Shown piece after piece: positions 40,640-53,381 of a stretch of DNA of 64,000 bases. Made by a program: the position numbers and the translations under genes. Source of the stretch: Ramazzottius varieornatus (taxonomy: Eukaryota > Animalia > Tardigrada); assembly GCA_001949185.1 (NCBI GenBank), contig BDGG01000002.1, forward strand, positions 5,694,448 to 5,758,447. The letters run 5' to 3'. Below the pieces are notes generated by a model. It was given only the letters and a program-made list of their open reading frames with translations. It did no database searches and had not been told where the DNA came from. How positions within the stretch are numbered: the stretch's first letter is position 1; every line of letters begins with the position of its first letter.

Positions 40640-43229
40640 ATGGAGGACTCAGATGGTCTTAGTCTGCTACTCGTGACTGCAAATGTGGGAACGTTATTCG
40701 AGATGGTAAGTTCGAAGACTTTGGCGTCGTTCGTGTAGGACTGACTGATGGACTCGGGCTGTAATATGGCAGGCTGGGCTGGGTTTTTTATATGTAGGCG
40801 GACGTTCTTATGGAAATCTGGATGGCCGAATTTGGTGAAGTAAGACAATGTCTACACGTACCTGATTTTGTTTACTTTGAAACACTGCTTAGCGTGAAGG
40901 TACTTGTACTGCTGATCTTTATGTGGGTGTGTTGATAAGTGCGATTGTTGTTTCAGTGCGTCGCTCAACGGCAACCAAAGTTTATTGCTCTTCATTGCCA
41001 AGAAATTGGTGGAAAGATAGTCGACGAAGAAACCATGGTTCAAACTAACGCCTTTTGCGAGTAGATTCTCCCACTTCTTACATAGCCGCTCATTGTGTTC
41101 CTCGTACGAGCCCCACGAATTTTTATTGCAGGAAAATGCATTCGCAGTCCGTGTTCTCCAACTATGATCGCGGGCGGACATTTATAGACGCGGAATTTGA
41201 AAGCACGGGGAAATTTACGGTGCGTGACATTTCCTAATGTAGCGCACTGCTTTATACAACCAAGTACGTGAGAATTGAGTCTCCGAATAAACAGATGTTT
41301 CTTAGGCGCTAGGGAGTTTCTACTTTGTTCACAAGTCCGTGCGTCATGCTCACATTTGGGATTTCAAGCGTGAGTGATTGTAGTGGTAGGAGTTGGGCAG
41401 ACAAAGCGATAGAATCAATTACCCGCAGCGCGCAGTCATGATCGGTACGTCAATCCCGTCTGTTCTCTCTAGGAAGGGAATTCACTGAATTTCGAGACTA
41501 CGAGGTACGTGGATCGCCGCGGACTTCCTGTTGTCTGGGTTCTTAACGGAGGTCTTTTCATAATCTCATTGATGACACTTCTTAGTAGCCAACTGTATTT
41601 TGTAGGCGGTCGCACTTCCGGTATCATCCGATGATCGATGTACTGCTCAAAGGATGAGATTCCCTCCTGATCTCCACCCCTTGGTACGGCTCGGACGGGC
41701 TTCCTTCCGCTGGATCTACTCTAATCAGTGACCCAGATAGAAGGACTTTCTATCTGCAGGCCACAGGAAACCGCAAAGGGTTCATAATCACAAGATGGAT
41801 GATTGACGACAGGTGCGTGCTGCTGCATCTGTCTCTGCGAGTGCACCCAGATGTTTTCATGGTTTCAGGATCTTCGATTTGATAAATATCCACATGTTCC
41901 ATGACGCTAATAATTTCGTGGCTATGGAGTCGGTAAGAAACGAACATTCGGATCTGCTGATGTATTCTCTTTAGGAGAGTGTTTTTCGTAGTCTCCGTCA
42001 AGCTACACGGAAGCTCGCAAAGCTGCGCTTCAGCACGTGATGGATACGTGAGTTCTCGTCCCACAACAGCGAGAGTGTTTTTGCATGGTTGCATAGTTCG
42101 ACGAGTGGACACCCTGGCTTTTTCGTAGACTCGACCGTGGAGATGTTACAGAGCCCTTTTTCCTGTTTGGGGACTTCAACTTCCGGTTGGACTCGCACGA
42201 GGTCGTGAAGGTTCGTCGCGCTTTTCAGCAGACTCAGTACCTGATTAGGTAACAAGGATATACTGTTGCGTTGACAGAAGCTTACGGAGAATGGTATAAG
42301 GCAGGAGGTTATTGGAAACGGCACTGGTGAGGACAGTTCACCAGCCAGAAGGAAGATTCGCTACGTGGACAGCCAGGATCTTAATAAGGTCCGTAAGTAC
42401 AGAAGTCTTATTCAGCTACGAGATTTTTCCGGTGAATCTCTTCTGTATTACGAGACGCCTGTGTGTTCTAGTTGCTTCTGACGGTGGGGAAGAAGACATT
42501 TGATTATTACGAAGCGCAAGACGCGTTCCGTACAGATAACGGCAAATGGGTAAGGCGTGGTCTCCTTTTGTCTAAATATTATGTCTACAGGTATGACTGT
42601 GCATGACTGTGCGCGGCAAGCTCCGAGCCTTCTTGTTTTGTATTTCAGCTCCGCACATTCGACAACGAGCTATCCGTTTTTCCGCAACTACACGAGAAAG
42701 AGATAACATTCCCTCCGAGGTGCATCGGATAAGTTCGAATTCTTCCCTTTCCTGTCCTGGTTTCGGGTCTCCTGCACGGCCACATCATGGTGTGGTGTGA
42801 TCAAAAGTTCACATTTCTATTGATAGTTATCCATACGAGGAAGACGTCGACAGAGGGACCTCGCTCATGAAGACTCGGTGTCCCGCCTGGTGTGACAGAG
42901 TTCTGATGAATTCCTCAGCGTGGAACTTGATAGACCGGAGGAAAAAGGAGGAATACAGTCTAATAGGCCCTTCGGTTTGCATGGGAGACCACAAGGTATA
43001 ATGCCAAAGTCCCTTTGATATTTCTGCGACACTCGTCAAAGTATTCTCTTTTACTTTCTAGCCGGTTTTCTTGTACGTCAGCTTAACGTCTACTGTGAAC
43101 AAGAGGAATATTGTCTCCGTAACAAATGAAGGTGACTCCCGCACTTCCAAGTCCAAAGTTTCGGTGGTGCGAAGCGATGTAAGAGGGATCAACCGATGGT
43201 CTGCGTGCGATCGATGTTCTGTGTTATAG
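40640..43229 (+). CDS. INPP5A: Type I inositol 1,4,5-trisphosphate 5-phosphatase, many short exons
   Basis: LLLVTANVGTLFE, FIALHCQEIGGK, LINIHMFHDANN, FLFGDFNFRLD, YPYEED..MKTRCPAWCDRVLM, CMGDHK|PVFL; C-terminal CaaX CSVL*. Confidence 0.93.
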
Positions 43230-44683
43230 TACTGTCCATCTTCTGCATGATGAAGTTAGTGTCGGTACGTTCGCTTGTTTCATTTCAATAGCCGCGTCTC
43301 TGACATTGTCCTGTTGTTCGTCGCGTCGGGACTGTGTGGGGCTGAGACATTTAATGCACTTGGACACAGTTCTCGACATGTATATCACAGTTCTCTTTTG
43401 TAGGCTTGATAAACAGTGGCGGACCGCTCAGTTTTCCTGTGCTCCGGTTGAGAGAGGCTGGCTGTTTCCTTGTCTGCCATACTGTGTGCCTCGTAGTTCG
43501 CTCCAGTACCTGACCGCCGTATCGTATACTTCCGAAGCCGGATCTTGCATGTCTACCCCACTTCCACAAAATGCAGAGTACTTTTGCCCCTCTCTCCCTC
43601 ATATTTTTTGAGGGTGATACAGTCAAATTGATATTCAATTGAAAAGGCTACACCAGTGGGGTGCATACCGCAGAATCATTCTCTTTTCAAATTCAATTTC
43701 GTGGATGTTGATTCGATTGGGTTCGTGTCGGTTCGATGGGCTCGCACTGTTAAGCAGAATGTATCGGTTGGTTTTATCGCTAAATCGTGCTGTAGTACTC
43801 TGCAGCTTCTGCACCATCCGCACCATCTGTACCACACGGTTGAAGGTCCAAACGGCAGGAGTTCACTGAAAACCTCTTTGTAACGGATTTCCCCAAACGC
43901 CAAACACTTGTTCTTGTCGAAGACGTCGGCCTTGGGGCTAAAATGTCTATGCCCAGTACTCCAAACCTCAATTGTGATATTAGTCGTCATAATACTGTAC
44001 GCTACAAAACCGAAGGCTGGTTTTTCCCGCCGGAGCCAGAAAACAACAACAGGGAAGTACCGGCGTACAAGATGGTATTCGAGCGTGTTACGTAAGTCTG
44101 CGGCTGGTGTGTTGAAAATATCGATCGGTGATCACGCCTAGGGCACGTGGGCCGCCCCAGAATTACACTTGTGGAAGAGCAAGGTCCGCCTTCATTTCAA
44201 TTTTCCATTCTATCCGATCTGCGGATAGCTACCCCTAATAGTATGGGCCATAGTAATAGAAACCGGAAAGTGTATGAAAGCACTAAAGCCCCCGGTTGAT
44301 AGGGCACGTAAATTCGCAATTCATAGATTCCCGAGGTGAGAGTTCAGGTTCAGAGTTCGGAGATCGAGTTTAAGTCCAGAACACGCGTGTCAGATTCTAC
44401 TCCCTCATCTTCCACATTTTGATTCGTGAGAGGAACATTGGAGCTACAGGTAAGCGATGGCACATGGAACAGCTAATGATCGACTCTTGTAGAGGAGAGT
44501 GTCTGGGGGATATTGTTTCGTCCGCATGGACGTGGAAGATCCCCAGACTCCATGGTGTTTGTCCTTTCAAGCAGATGGCTTTAGCATTACACGTCATCTC
44601 TGTATCTCGACATCCTTAACTTACATCTTCTCAGCCTTAGCGACTACTTTTGAGCCTCAGTAACATCTTCTCGTCGCAGGAAA

Positions 44684-45839
44684 ATGAGTCTTCAGTGGAC
44701 CGTCATTGCGGCGATCTTGTACGCTGAGATCGCCTTCACCGTTTTGATGCTCATGCCCTTTATCAGCCCGACAACGTGAGTTAGTTTAGTTATCCGTGAA
44801 CACCTTGTTTGGACGTAATGACGTCATTCTGTGCTGATGCTAGTAAGGTGTAAGTGATATGGAATAAATGATGGGTTATCTTTTTGCAGATGGAACAAGT
44901 TCTTCAATTCCAGACTAGTCTTGTTAATCAAGAAATACAAGTACATACAGCATATACTAGTCGGTGTGATGGGCCTCCTCCTGCTTGGTGAGTTCCGATT
45001 GTCGAGCGTCTCGTTGGAAGCAGAAGCTGATATCACCTCGAGTATTCAAGTTTGCACTCCGTGTTACTGGTTTGATGTTTTATTCGTTTGTAGACGCTGT
45101 CCGGGATGTCAGCCGATACACAAAGTCCTTCGTGGATATGAGCGACGTTGGTGGTGCACAAGCACCCGCGGCTGAGGTTCAGTTCCACATGAAGCTCTTC
45201 CGCGCGCAGCGCAATTTCTACATCGCCGGCTTTGCGCTTTTTATGTTCTTGTAAGTTCAGCAACTTGAGCCATGCCGGACAGCCCCACCAACATAAAAGA
45301 CTTCCGGCTTAGTCCTGATGAATATTTGATCGTTTATAGTATCATTAAATCGCTGGCTGGAAAGTTGGCCTACGAAGCTCAGCTGATCATCTCCAACTCG
45401 GCCGTCATCAAACAAGCCGAAAACGCCTCAAAGATGGCCCGAGAGATGTTGTCGGAACAAGGAAAAGGCAAGAACGCCGGCGGAGCCATTGCTGAATCTG
45501 AGGCTGCTGCAAAGGCCCACATCCTGAAGTTGGAAACAGATCTGCGAGCTGCTGCCAAAGGTAAGATAACTGCAATCGTGCGGTCTCGTGTTGTCACTGA
45601 TTGATTCTTCTGTACAGAGATGGAAGCCAAAAACAAGGAAGTGGAGGCTATGAAACGCCAAAGTGATGGTTTGACAACGGAATACGATCGCCTCCTCCGC
45701 GAGCACGAGAAGCTCCAGGTTCGTATTGTACGGTTTTTGCGTATGTTTAGACACCGAACTGGGGTTGACTCTTGTGGTTGTGTTGCAGAAAGCCCACAAG
45801 CTGGTCGTTGGAGATGTCGAAGCCGAGAAGGATTTGTAA
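44684..45839 (+). CDS. BCAP31: B-cell receptor-associated protein 31/29 family ER membrane protein
   Basis: MSLQWTVIAAILYAEI, HMKLFRAQRNFYIAGFALF, AMKRQSDGLTTEYDRLLREHEKLQ; ends ...EAEKDL*. Confidence 0.95.
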
Positions 45840-46172
45840 GGACTGAATGAGGTACCTGACGTGTATCAGTCTGCGCTTCTTACTTTCTCCCAGCCGCTCT
45901 TTAACCGATACCTTTACGAACTGCTTGACTCAGCGTTACCGTAATCTTTGAAACAGTTCACAAAATCACTGCATTCACTTTCAACTGGCCTTGTCTACGA
46001 GTTTGACTCGTAGTTTTGTGTCATATCTGGCTTGCTAGGTGTTGCACATACGGAACCCATTCGTACTTTTTGACGTTCTCCAGTACTAGTACTTCGTTTA
46101 TTCTTTGGTGAATAAATACTTATGTTAGACAGTTATGATCGACCGGTATATGAGCGGTGAATTGGAGCCTCC

Positions 46173-47172
46173 TTATGGAGTTGCTGGCGAACCGGTCTTG
46201 TCTGCAAAACAGACAAATCTGGATGAAATGTTTGTTGTGAGAGATTAGTTGGTTAATGAGATGAGTTCCTCGGGAATGGATACCTGGGGACTGGTGGACA
46301 ACTTCATGGACACTCGAACCAGCCGAAGCCATGTTTCCTTCAAGCTGAGCAGGTTGTCCAATGTTACTACCAGTGAACTCCAGTTCAAAGGGCATCGATT
46401 TGGGTCGTCCTCCGACTGTAGACCCTGATCCGCTACCGACCATTGGACTTCCGACTTGCCCTGCCCCATCGGCCCGAACATTCACAGAATTCGTGCCGCT
46501 GCCAGTCCGCGGTACTCCGGGATTCGGACCTCCCTGTCCATTTTGGCCCAGCTGCCTCAGAATATCCCCATCGACATCCAGAAGTAATGGCGCTAAAATC
46601 AGTAATTAGTGGTGGAGAGCCGATATTGCGAAGTGATACGTCCTCGTTGCATGAAAATTTCAAATCGTTAAAACTGTTCTCAACAACCGTCCACTGCACT
46701 TTAATAAGATACCTGATCCACTTGCTCCTCTGGACAAAAGACCCATCAGGCCTCCGAATAGTCCTCCACCAGGCGAAGAACCAGCCGAGGACCCGGAACC
46801 TCGACCAGCGGTTGGATCAGCCTCGAACCCTGTCAGCCCGATGTTGTTCTGCATGGTTCCGGTTCCGGTTCCCAAACCTCCTCCGCCACCCCCACCAAAT
46901 AGTCCGCCACTCCCACCGAACAGTCCGCCACCCGAGAACAAACTCGACATCATCATCAGTTTGAACAAATCGTCGCCTATGGAAGGAAACGTTTCATTGC
47001 ACAACGGATCTTCAAGCAAGGCAGAAGAGGATATACGAGACCAAATCAAAACAACCAGACAAAAGGGTGGAGCTTCTTCATATTCGAAGCGGTGAAGTTA
47101 AACAGTACCTTGACCAAGGACCTGGTGAAAACAAGAAAGAATTCCCACAATTCCTAGGAAGAAATTTCGCAT
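46173..47172 (-). CDS. Orphan secreted glycine-rich protein, 4 exons
   Basis: Exon 1 MRNFFLGIVGILSCFHQVLGQ (signal peptide) joins via three phase-1 GT-AG introns to GDDLFKLMMMSSLFSGGGLFGGSGGLFGGGG..., APLLLDVDGDILRQLGQNG..., DKTGSPATP*. Confidence 0.72.
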
Positions 47173-47987
47173 AGCTGGAGGTCCCATTTCGTGTACACAG
47201 GAAATAAGGAAAAAAATCTAAGCTCGTTACGCGTAAAGTAACCGACAAGTTACTAAGTTGGATAAAGCGATGAAATGTGATTATTTATGGGCGATGATGT
47301 AACTGGAGTCCGTGGTGTCGCAGGTGAACTGCGTCGACCAGCTTCGTCCGCGGAATGAATGAAGGCTTTATATCAGTGCGCGGGTTGAGAAACGGAAATG
47401 GATGCGACAATGCCCTCGAAAGGGAGTGGATAAACGATGCACCACTGGTCATCACGTACTATTTGGTTTCATGGTCTTGTAACATTATAAAGCACGCTAA
47501 TGATCAAGTTCGATTGTCAGGTCAAGTGGTCCATCACGTGGATTTACTCTAAAGAGCATCTTCCTAACGTTGACGTCGCTACAACGACTCTACTAGAATC
47601 TTCACGTCTCGAGAAAATCTGAAAGTATCCCCACGTATCCCCAAGTACCTGAACGTGTCTTTCTGAATTACGACCATTCATTGCACCAATAAGAAACAGT
47701 TTTCGTGTCTTGCGTTATGCCCGGCTGAAGATTAATTAAATTGCTCGAAACACATTCCGCCCGATGGATAAATCAGAATCCAACATAAGAGACAAAAAAC
47801 AATCGATCAAAACTAAGGGTCTGGCCAACGGACAGAGCTTTTGCAGAATTTTGCCATGGTTTCTAAATGTTACGACCCTCGTTTGAGCTTTACAGAAAAA
47901 TAGCGGTGTGTCGGGGTTATGACAACTTTCCAGCTATCGTACCTCCGGACGACGCATGACAACTTCCTCCTTTTTCCCAGCCAAATG

Positions 47988-49197
47988 TCAAGTACCAGCT
48001 GTCAGATCCGAGGGCGGCGAATGCTTTTTCTCACGTAGACGTTTGAATCTGCTCTTCTTCTGACCAATCTGCTTCAGGCGATCGTAGTCCCTGGAAAGAA
48101 GACGGTCGGCACTACCAACTCCAGCTCTGAAGTATAAATGATGCATATATAGAGAAGTTTTACCGCATCCATGTTCGCATTCCTTTATCGTTCAACCGAT
48201 GCCTCTCGCAAAAGTCCGCGAGCGGAACTGTGGCTTTCTGCAACTCCCGTCTAAACATGTCGACAAACTTGATTTTTTCAATGACGGAGTACGCCCTTCG
48301 AACCCACTTTCCGTCTTCTTGTTTGCGCCGAACTGAGCCAGCGTCTTTCTCTGGTCCTCGATTCTTGTTCTTCTTTGCTATCTGCCAGGCTGTCATTCCA
48401 AACTTCCGACCAGTCTGAGAAAGTGGAGCGATTCTAGCCTTACGCTTCACTGTCGAAGCTCTCTCAGTCTTCTTCTTCTTCTTCGGTTTGTTAGTTGACG
48501 AGTGCTGAGCTTCCTCGTTGGCTTCGTGGGACTTTTCGTGACTCTGCAGAACAGTTTGAGCTGGATGCATGAGAGCCACAGTATCGGACGGAGTTACGGC
48601 GGAAGAACATGTGAAGCATGTGCTGTCTATTCGACAAAGCTGAGTAATGGGAGGAAGGTGTGAGTTAGCATCCGAATAAACTGACGAAACGTCACTGTTA
48701 GGGTTGACAGAGTATGATTGCGTTATGGGAAAGGTAAATGGGTTATTTGTCTGTTCTGGCTGTATTGGAGTAGTGAATAAGCCGAAGTCAGGATCCTTCT
48801 GGATGCTAGCTGATAAAGAAGTGAAGAAAGGTGAGGACAGAAAGACGTCTAAAGATTCTTGCAGCGAAATCGAGGAGAAACTGTCTGTGATGATGTTGTC
48901 GCTGCTTACTTCGTCCTGCTGACTACCATCCACCTCACATGTTCCCATGGACAAAACCTGATCTTCCAAGCTTCCGAAAACCAACGACTCTGGCTGCGCT
49001 GGGAAGAACTGAGTTGTTAGTTCGCCTCCATCCGTTTGTCCATCTGTTTCATCACCAGTTGGTAAGCGACAACTGGTCTCCAATTCTGTTCCCATTGGGC
49101 TTCCGAATGTCCTGCCGGAATCGACTGGCAGCTGGATTTCTTCCGCCTGCAGCCAAACCATGCCTTGCTTCGTTAGTAAACCGTACTGCCGGTCCAT
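47988..49197 (-). CDS. Putative nuclear protein with C-terminal Brinker/CENP-B/psq-like helix-turn-helix
   Basis: Long acidic Ser/Thr-rich ORF, NLS-like KPKKKKK, then RRAYSVIEKIKFVDMFRRE...LADFCERHRLNDKGMRTWMR|DYDRLK, which has the RRxY...K...V...W pattern of pogo/Brinker DNA-binding domains. Start uncertain. Confidence 0.6.
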
Positions 49198-50104
49198 GGT
49201 TAGTCCTATCGAACAACAAAATTTGATCACGCTGTTTCGTACCGTTAAAGCTTTGCTTACCTTTTCAAATCTTTCCGTGATCTCCTTCAAAATTCTCGTC
49301 CCCACACTGCAGTTCCGTGAAGGCTATTACAAGTACATCGTAGTTTCCATCCTTCTGTCCGAAGTAGTCCTCCAGGTATACGCTTACGCAGGCATCTACC
49401 AGCTTCCAGCGTCCATCTTGAGGATCGGTCTCGGCTGGCTCCTCAGATCCCACTGTCTGACTGCCTGAAACATCCATGAAATACAAAACGATTCCATTCC
49501 CACAATAAAGACACGAGTGTCAAGGACAACCTAATGAGGATACAAGGGATAACCGGAAGTCCTGATTCTGAACTTCTGATAATCGATAAGACGATAGTTA
49601 ACTTTACTTTCTGATTTCCAAACTTTCGGAATCGGAAAACGGAATCTCGGTATTGCGAAAAACAGTTGACGCCTCTAGGGGATACCCATTTCCCGTCCGT
49701 TTCGCAGTGGGACCAGCCTGTTCCACGATCTAAAGCTACCCGGACTGCGCCGGTCGGTTCGGGGCAGACTGGGACCGGATTTTCGATTTTTCGCAAAAGG
49801 AATTTCTTTGACAATTGACTTCCGCTCTTCCAATGACACCGTCACACGGAGATCTCAAGAAACCGTCGGGATTCGTTCTCACTCGACAGAGCTGAACTTT
49901 CTTGGTTGTTCTGCGACGAGAACGTTTAGTATTGTAGCCTCGCAAGGAACGCTTCTCAGTAAGTCGTTACGAAACCTGGGCAGCTTCCTACTATTTAATA
50001 CCGCCTGAATTCTTTCAGCTTGATTCCAGGTGGACGCGATCAACAGGTGTCACGCTACTAAGACTTGTCCCTCCGGTTAGACTGCAGAACCACCCGATTT
50101 CGAC

Positions 50105-52853
50105 ATGGAGTATCAACAAGCAGAAGAAGGAGAAGAGAACTACATGCTGGTTGACCATGACGGTAACGTTCTGGACGTTGACATGCATCAGTTCGTTGAT
50201 TGCGCTCAGATGAACAAAGGAGCCGTTTCGAATGGTCTGGTGGAATGCGAAGCTGAGTCGAACGGTTGTCCCGCCTCGGACGAATCTGGTATCTACCGAA
50301 GTCTTTGTTACGAGAATGCTTTCAGTTATCCAGAGTGGCTGCAGCAAGAAGACGACTGGCAGCGATCTGGCAGACGTCCCCAGCTTTTCCGCCCTGTTGT
50401 AGCCATTGAACCGTTCCTTCACGCCGCTGCCGAGTTCGTAGCCAAAACACCCACCTGACGAAATGTTTAGGAACTGATACTTGTATGCTTGCAGGCAGGA
50501 ACAGATTGCTAGTTTGGCCAACTGGCATTTCCAGCAATACCAGATGTACGCGAACTGTATGGACCAACCGTTGGATCGCGGTGGACTGAACAATCACTTG
50601 GATATGGTCGCCACTCGTATGGAAGGCTTTCAGACAAGTAAGTGATGCGTTTTGTGCGATGCGTTTTGTGCGCTTCGCTTCCCCGATGGGCTTCATACCT
50701 TACAGCTCAAGCTTCGTGGGAAACCAACAGTACCTATCCAGAACTACCTACCGACAAGGACCTTGAGGAAGTCGTACTAACTGCCGACGAGTACTCGGCC
50801 AACTACGAGCAGGGACTCCGACAGGCTTATCAAGTAAGTCTCTCTGTTCCTGGGCTCGATCATTATGTAGTGTGCCTCCGGTCTTCGGATTCCTTTCTTC
50901 ACAGGCGGTCGAACTAACGGAACAGCAACCATTTTCGCGAAGGACGTTGGTGCCGAAGAAAGCGGTTCTTCGTAACGGATTGGCTCCCTTCCAGCCACCA
51001 GCAAGAAATTCGCTGTTGTCCGCCACTTCCGCTGGTTCAGCGAACAGTCATGCCGTGATGCAGGGATTCGACGAGCTTTTCGACGGGGACAGGCCTGGAA
51101 GAGCCCCACAAGATCTGCCAGGCAAGAACTCGTCCTCCGATGAACCGCGAGCTTTCTCCCGGAAGACTTCAAAACAAGACGGTAAAGACGAGTTCGATGA
51201 AAAAGTTCCGATGTCGACCAGAACGAAGTCTGGTGAGTTCAAGACGGCGAAGCAGTACTGCGTGGAAACCAGCCTGGCGAAATCCACAGCGCTTCCTCGA
51301 GGGATCAGTGATGACTCGACAGGGAAACCGACCGACGCCTACAAGGTTCCCATCGACAGACCGCAACCTGCTGCGCTGACTCCTAGTCCGTCGAAGTACA
51401 CAGGGACGAACCCCAAACTGCAGCATCTCACCGCAGATATGGTGGCAAGTATTGAGCAACATAAGGAAAATTTGGACAAGATGAAAGCTGGTCGGAAAGA
51501 GAATGCTGAGTACTTTGAGGGGATTTCTGGTCTGGATGATGTCAAGAGCGTTCTGTACGACATGTTCATCATGCCTACGCTACATCCGGAACTGTAAGAT
51601 ACTCACGGCGAAAGCTTACCAAATACTGTAAGATTCCTTCTTTTGCTCAGCCTAATGGCTTTCTCGATCTAGGTCGAAGGGCTTATTGGCACCTCCCAAA
51701 GGACTACTTCTGTTCGGGTTCGTCGCATCTTTCGTTTACCTTACATTGAACATGTTGAAGCTGTCAACTGCATTTACTTTTAGGCCTCCTGGAACAGGGA
51801 AGACGTTGATAGCAAAATGTGTGGCTGCTGAAGTTGAGATGACATTCTTCCATATCCCGGCGTCTACCTTGACTTCCAAATGGATCGGCGAAGGCGAAAA
51901 GATGATGAAAGCAGCGTTCGAAGTCGCACGTAAGTTTGAATCTACCCCTTCGATAATTGGGGTCTTGCAAACCAACTCGGCAAGATTGTTTGCTCAAGTA
52001 GCGCATGATCTTGGTGTTTGGCTGGAAGCGTGTACCACTTGGAAAAGCGACCTGGCTACTTTATGTACTCAGCTGCCGACAGCGTGGTTCTCCGGGCGGA
52101 AAACCTTTGATCATTTGGGCAAGGGACTTCCCGTCACTTGCATCCTGCGTTCTTTGAAAAGTGATATTTTGAGGACGATTCTCAGTTTATGCCCCTTCTT
52201 TGCAGGAGCCTACTTACCGGCCATCATCTTTTTCGACGAAGTTGACTCTTTACTCAGCCAGCGCGGTGATTCGGAGCACGAAGCATCGAGGCGGATGAAG
52301 ACCGAGTTTCTGATGCAGTTCGACGGGTTGTGCACCGACCCGGAAGAACGCTTGTTTGTAATTGGTGCCACTAACAGACCGAAAGAGATCGACGAAGCAG
52401 CCCGTCGTAGATTCACCAAGCGCCTGTACATCCCACTACCAGATAAGAAAGCTAGAATCCAGATCGTCCAGAAAGAGCTCAAGACGGGTTTGAAGTATGC
52501 AGTAACGGAGGCGGAGCTGGATGTCATCGGGGAGAAGACTGAGGGCTTCTCGGGCTCAGACGTGTCTCATCTTTGCCATGACGCTGCCCAGGTGATGCGG
52601 AAACGATGTCTGCCGCCAATGCCGGTTGGGTTTAGAAAGCCAAAGGCTCCGCTGGATTTAGATAAGTCTCTCTCATAACTGAACGTCAATATTGCGCTTT
52701 GTCCTACGTGTTGGTCTTCTTTCTTCACAGAGCTTTGTCCTAACTGGGCTGGATTTCGATGTGGCTCTGCAGTCAAGGAAGTCCAGCGTGGACGTTGCGG
52801 AACTGCAAAGCTACATAGATTGGAACGCCAAGTTCGGCACCGGGTCTATGTAG
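50105..52853 (+). CDS. FIGNL1: Fidgetin-like AAA+ ATPase (FIGNL1/spastin clade)
   Basis: ISGLDDVK..PTLHPEL, PPKGLLLFG|PPGTGKTLIAKCVA, STLTSKWIGEGEKM, IIFFDEVDSLLSQR, GATNRPKEIDEAARRRF, WNAKFG. N-terminal GLNNH recalls the FIGNL1 GLNNY motif. Confidence 0.85.
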
Positions 52854-53381
52854 ATAGTTGAGTGAACCAAATCAATCATATTTATCGTACGAGTTAGAAA
52901 AAGTATTAGAATTCCCCTTTCTTTCTCCTGCAGCTCTTTTGGTCCGGAATAGCGCATCTTGTCAGGAGGTGGTGCTAATCGTTCAGATCTCGCGATAGAG
53001 CTTATGACGCGTAATTGTATTATGTGCAGTTCATCTCTCCGGGGGGATTCCCGAATTTTGAAAATCTTTCGAGTAGTAAACTATCTGTAGGTACGAGTAC
53101 ATGAGTTCATTAAATTATGGAAGCCACACACATGCCAATCATTTTATCTGCTGCAGAAGTCAAGCCTTAATTGCTGTCTAACTTACAGATACAAGTACAA
53201 AATCCCTCTAGTATGAGGTGCAAATAGTACAGATTCAACACAGTCAAGGGAACCTTCGAATAGTGACAAAATAAACGTCAGACAACTGAGTGTACGATCT
53301 AGAGATGACAGGTTAAAACTAGTTTCAGACAGTAACAGCGCATACCGTCAAGTCTAAACTTCTACAGAAGCTTTCACTATA

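Noticed and set aside
46841-47095. Poly-proline ORF on the plus strand
   Set aside because: Reverse complement of the poly-glycine exon of the minus-strand gene, which has a signal peptide and proper splice sites.
50015-50593. 192-aa minus-strand ORF
   Set aside because: Antisense to the first FIGNL1-like exons; non-ATG start and no motif.
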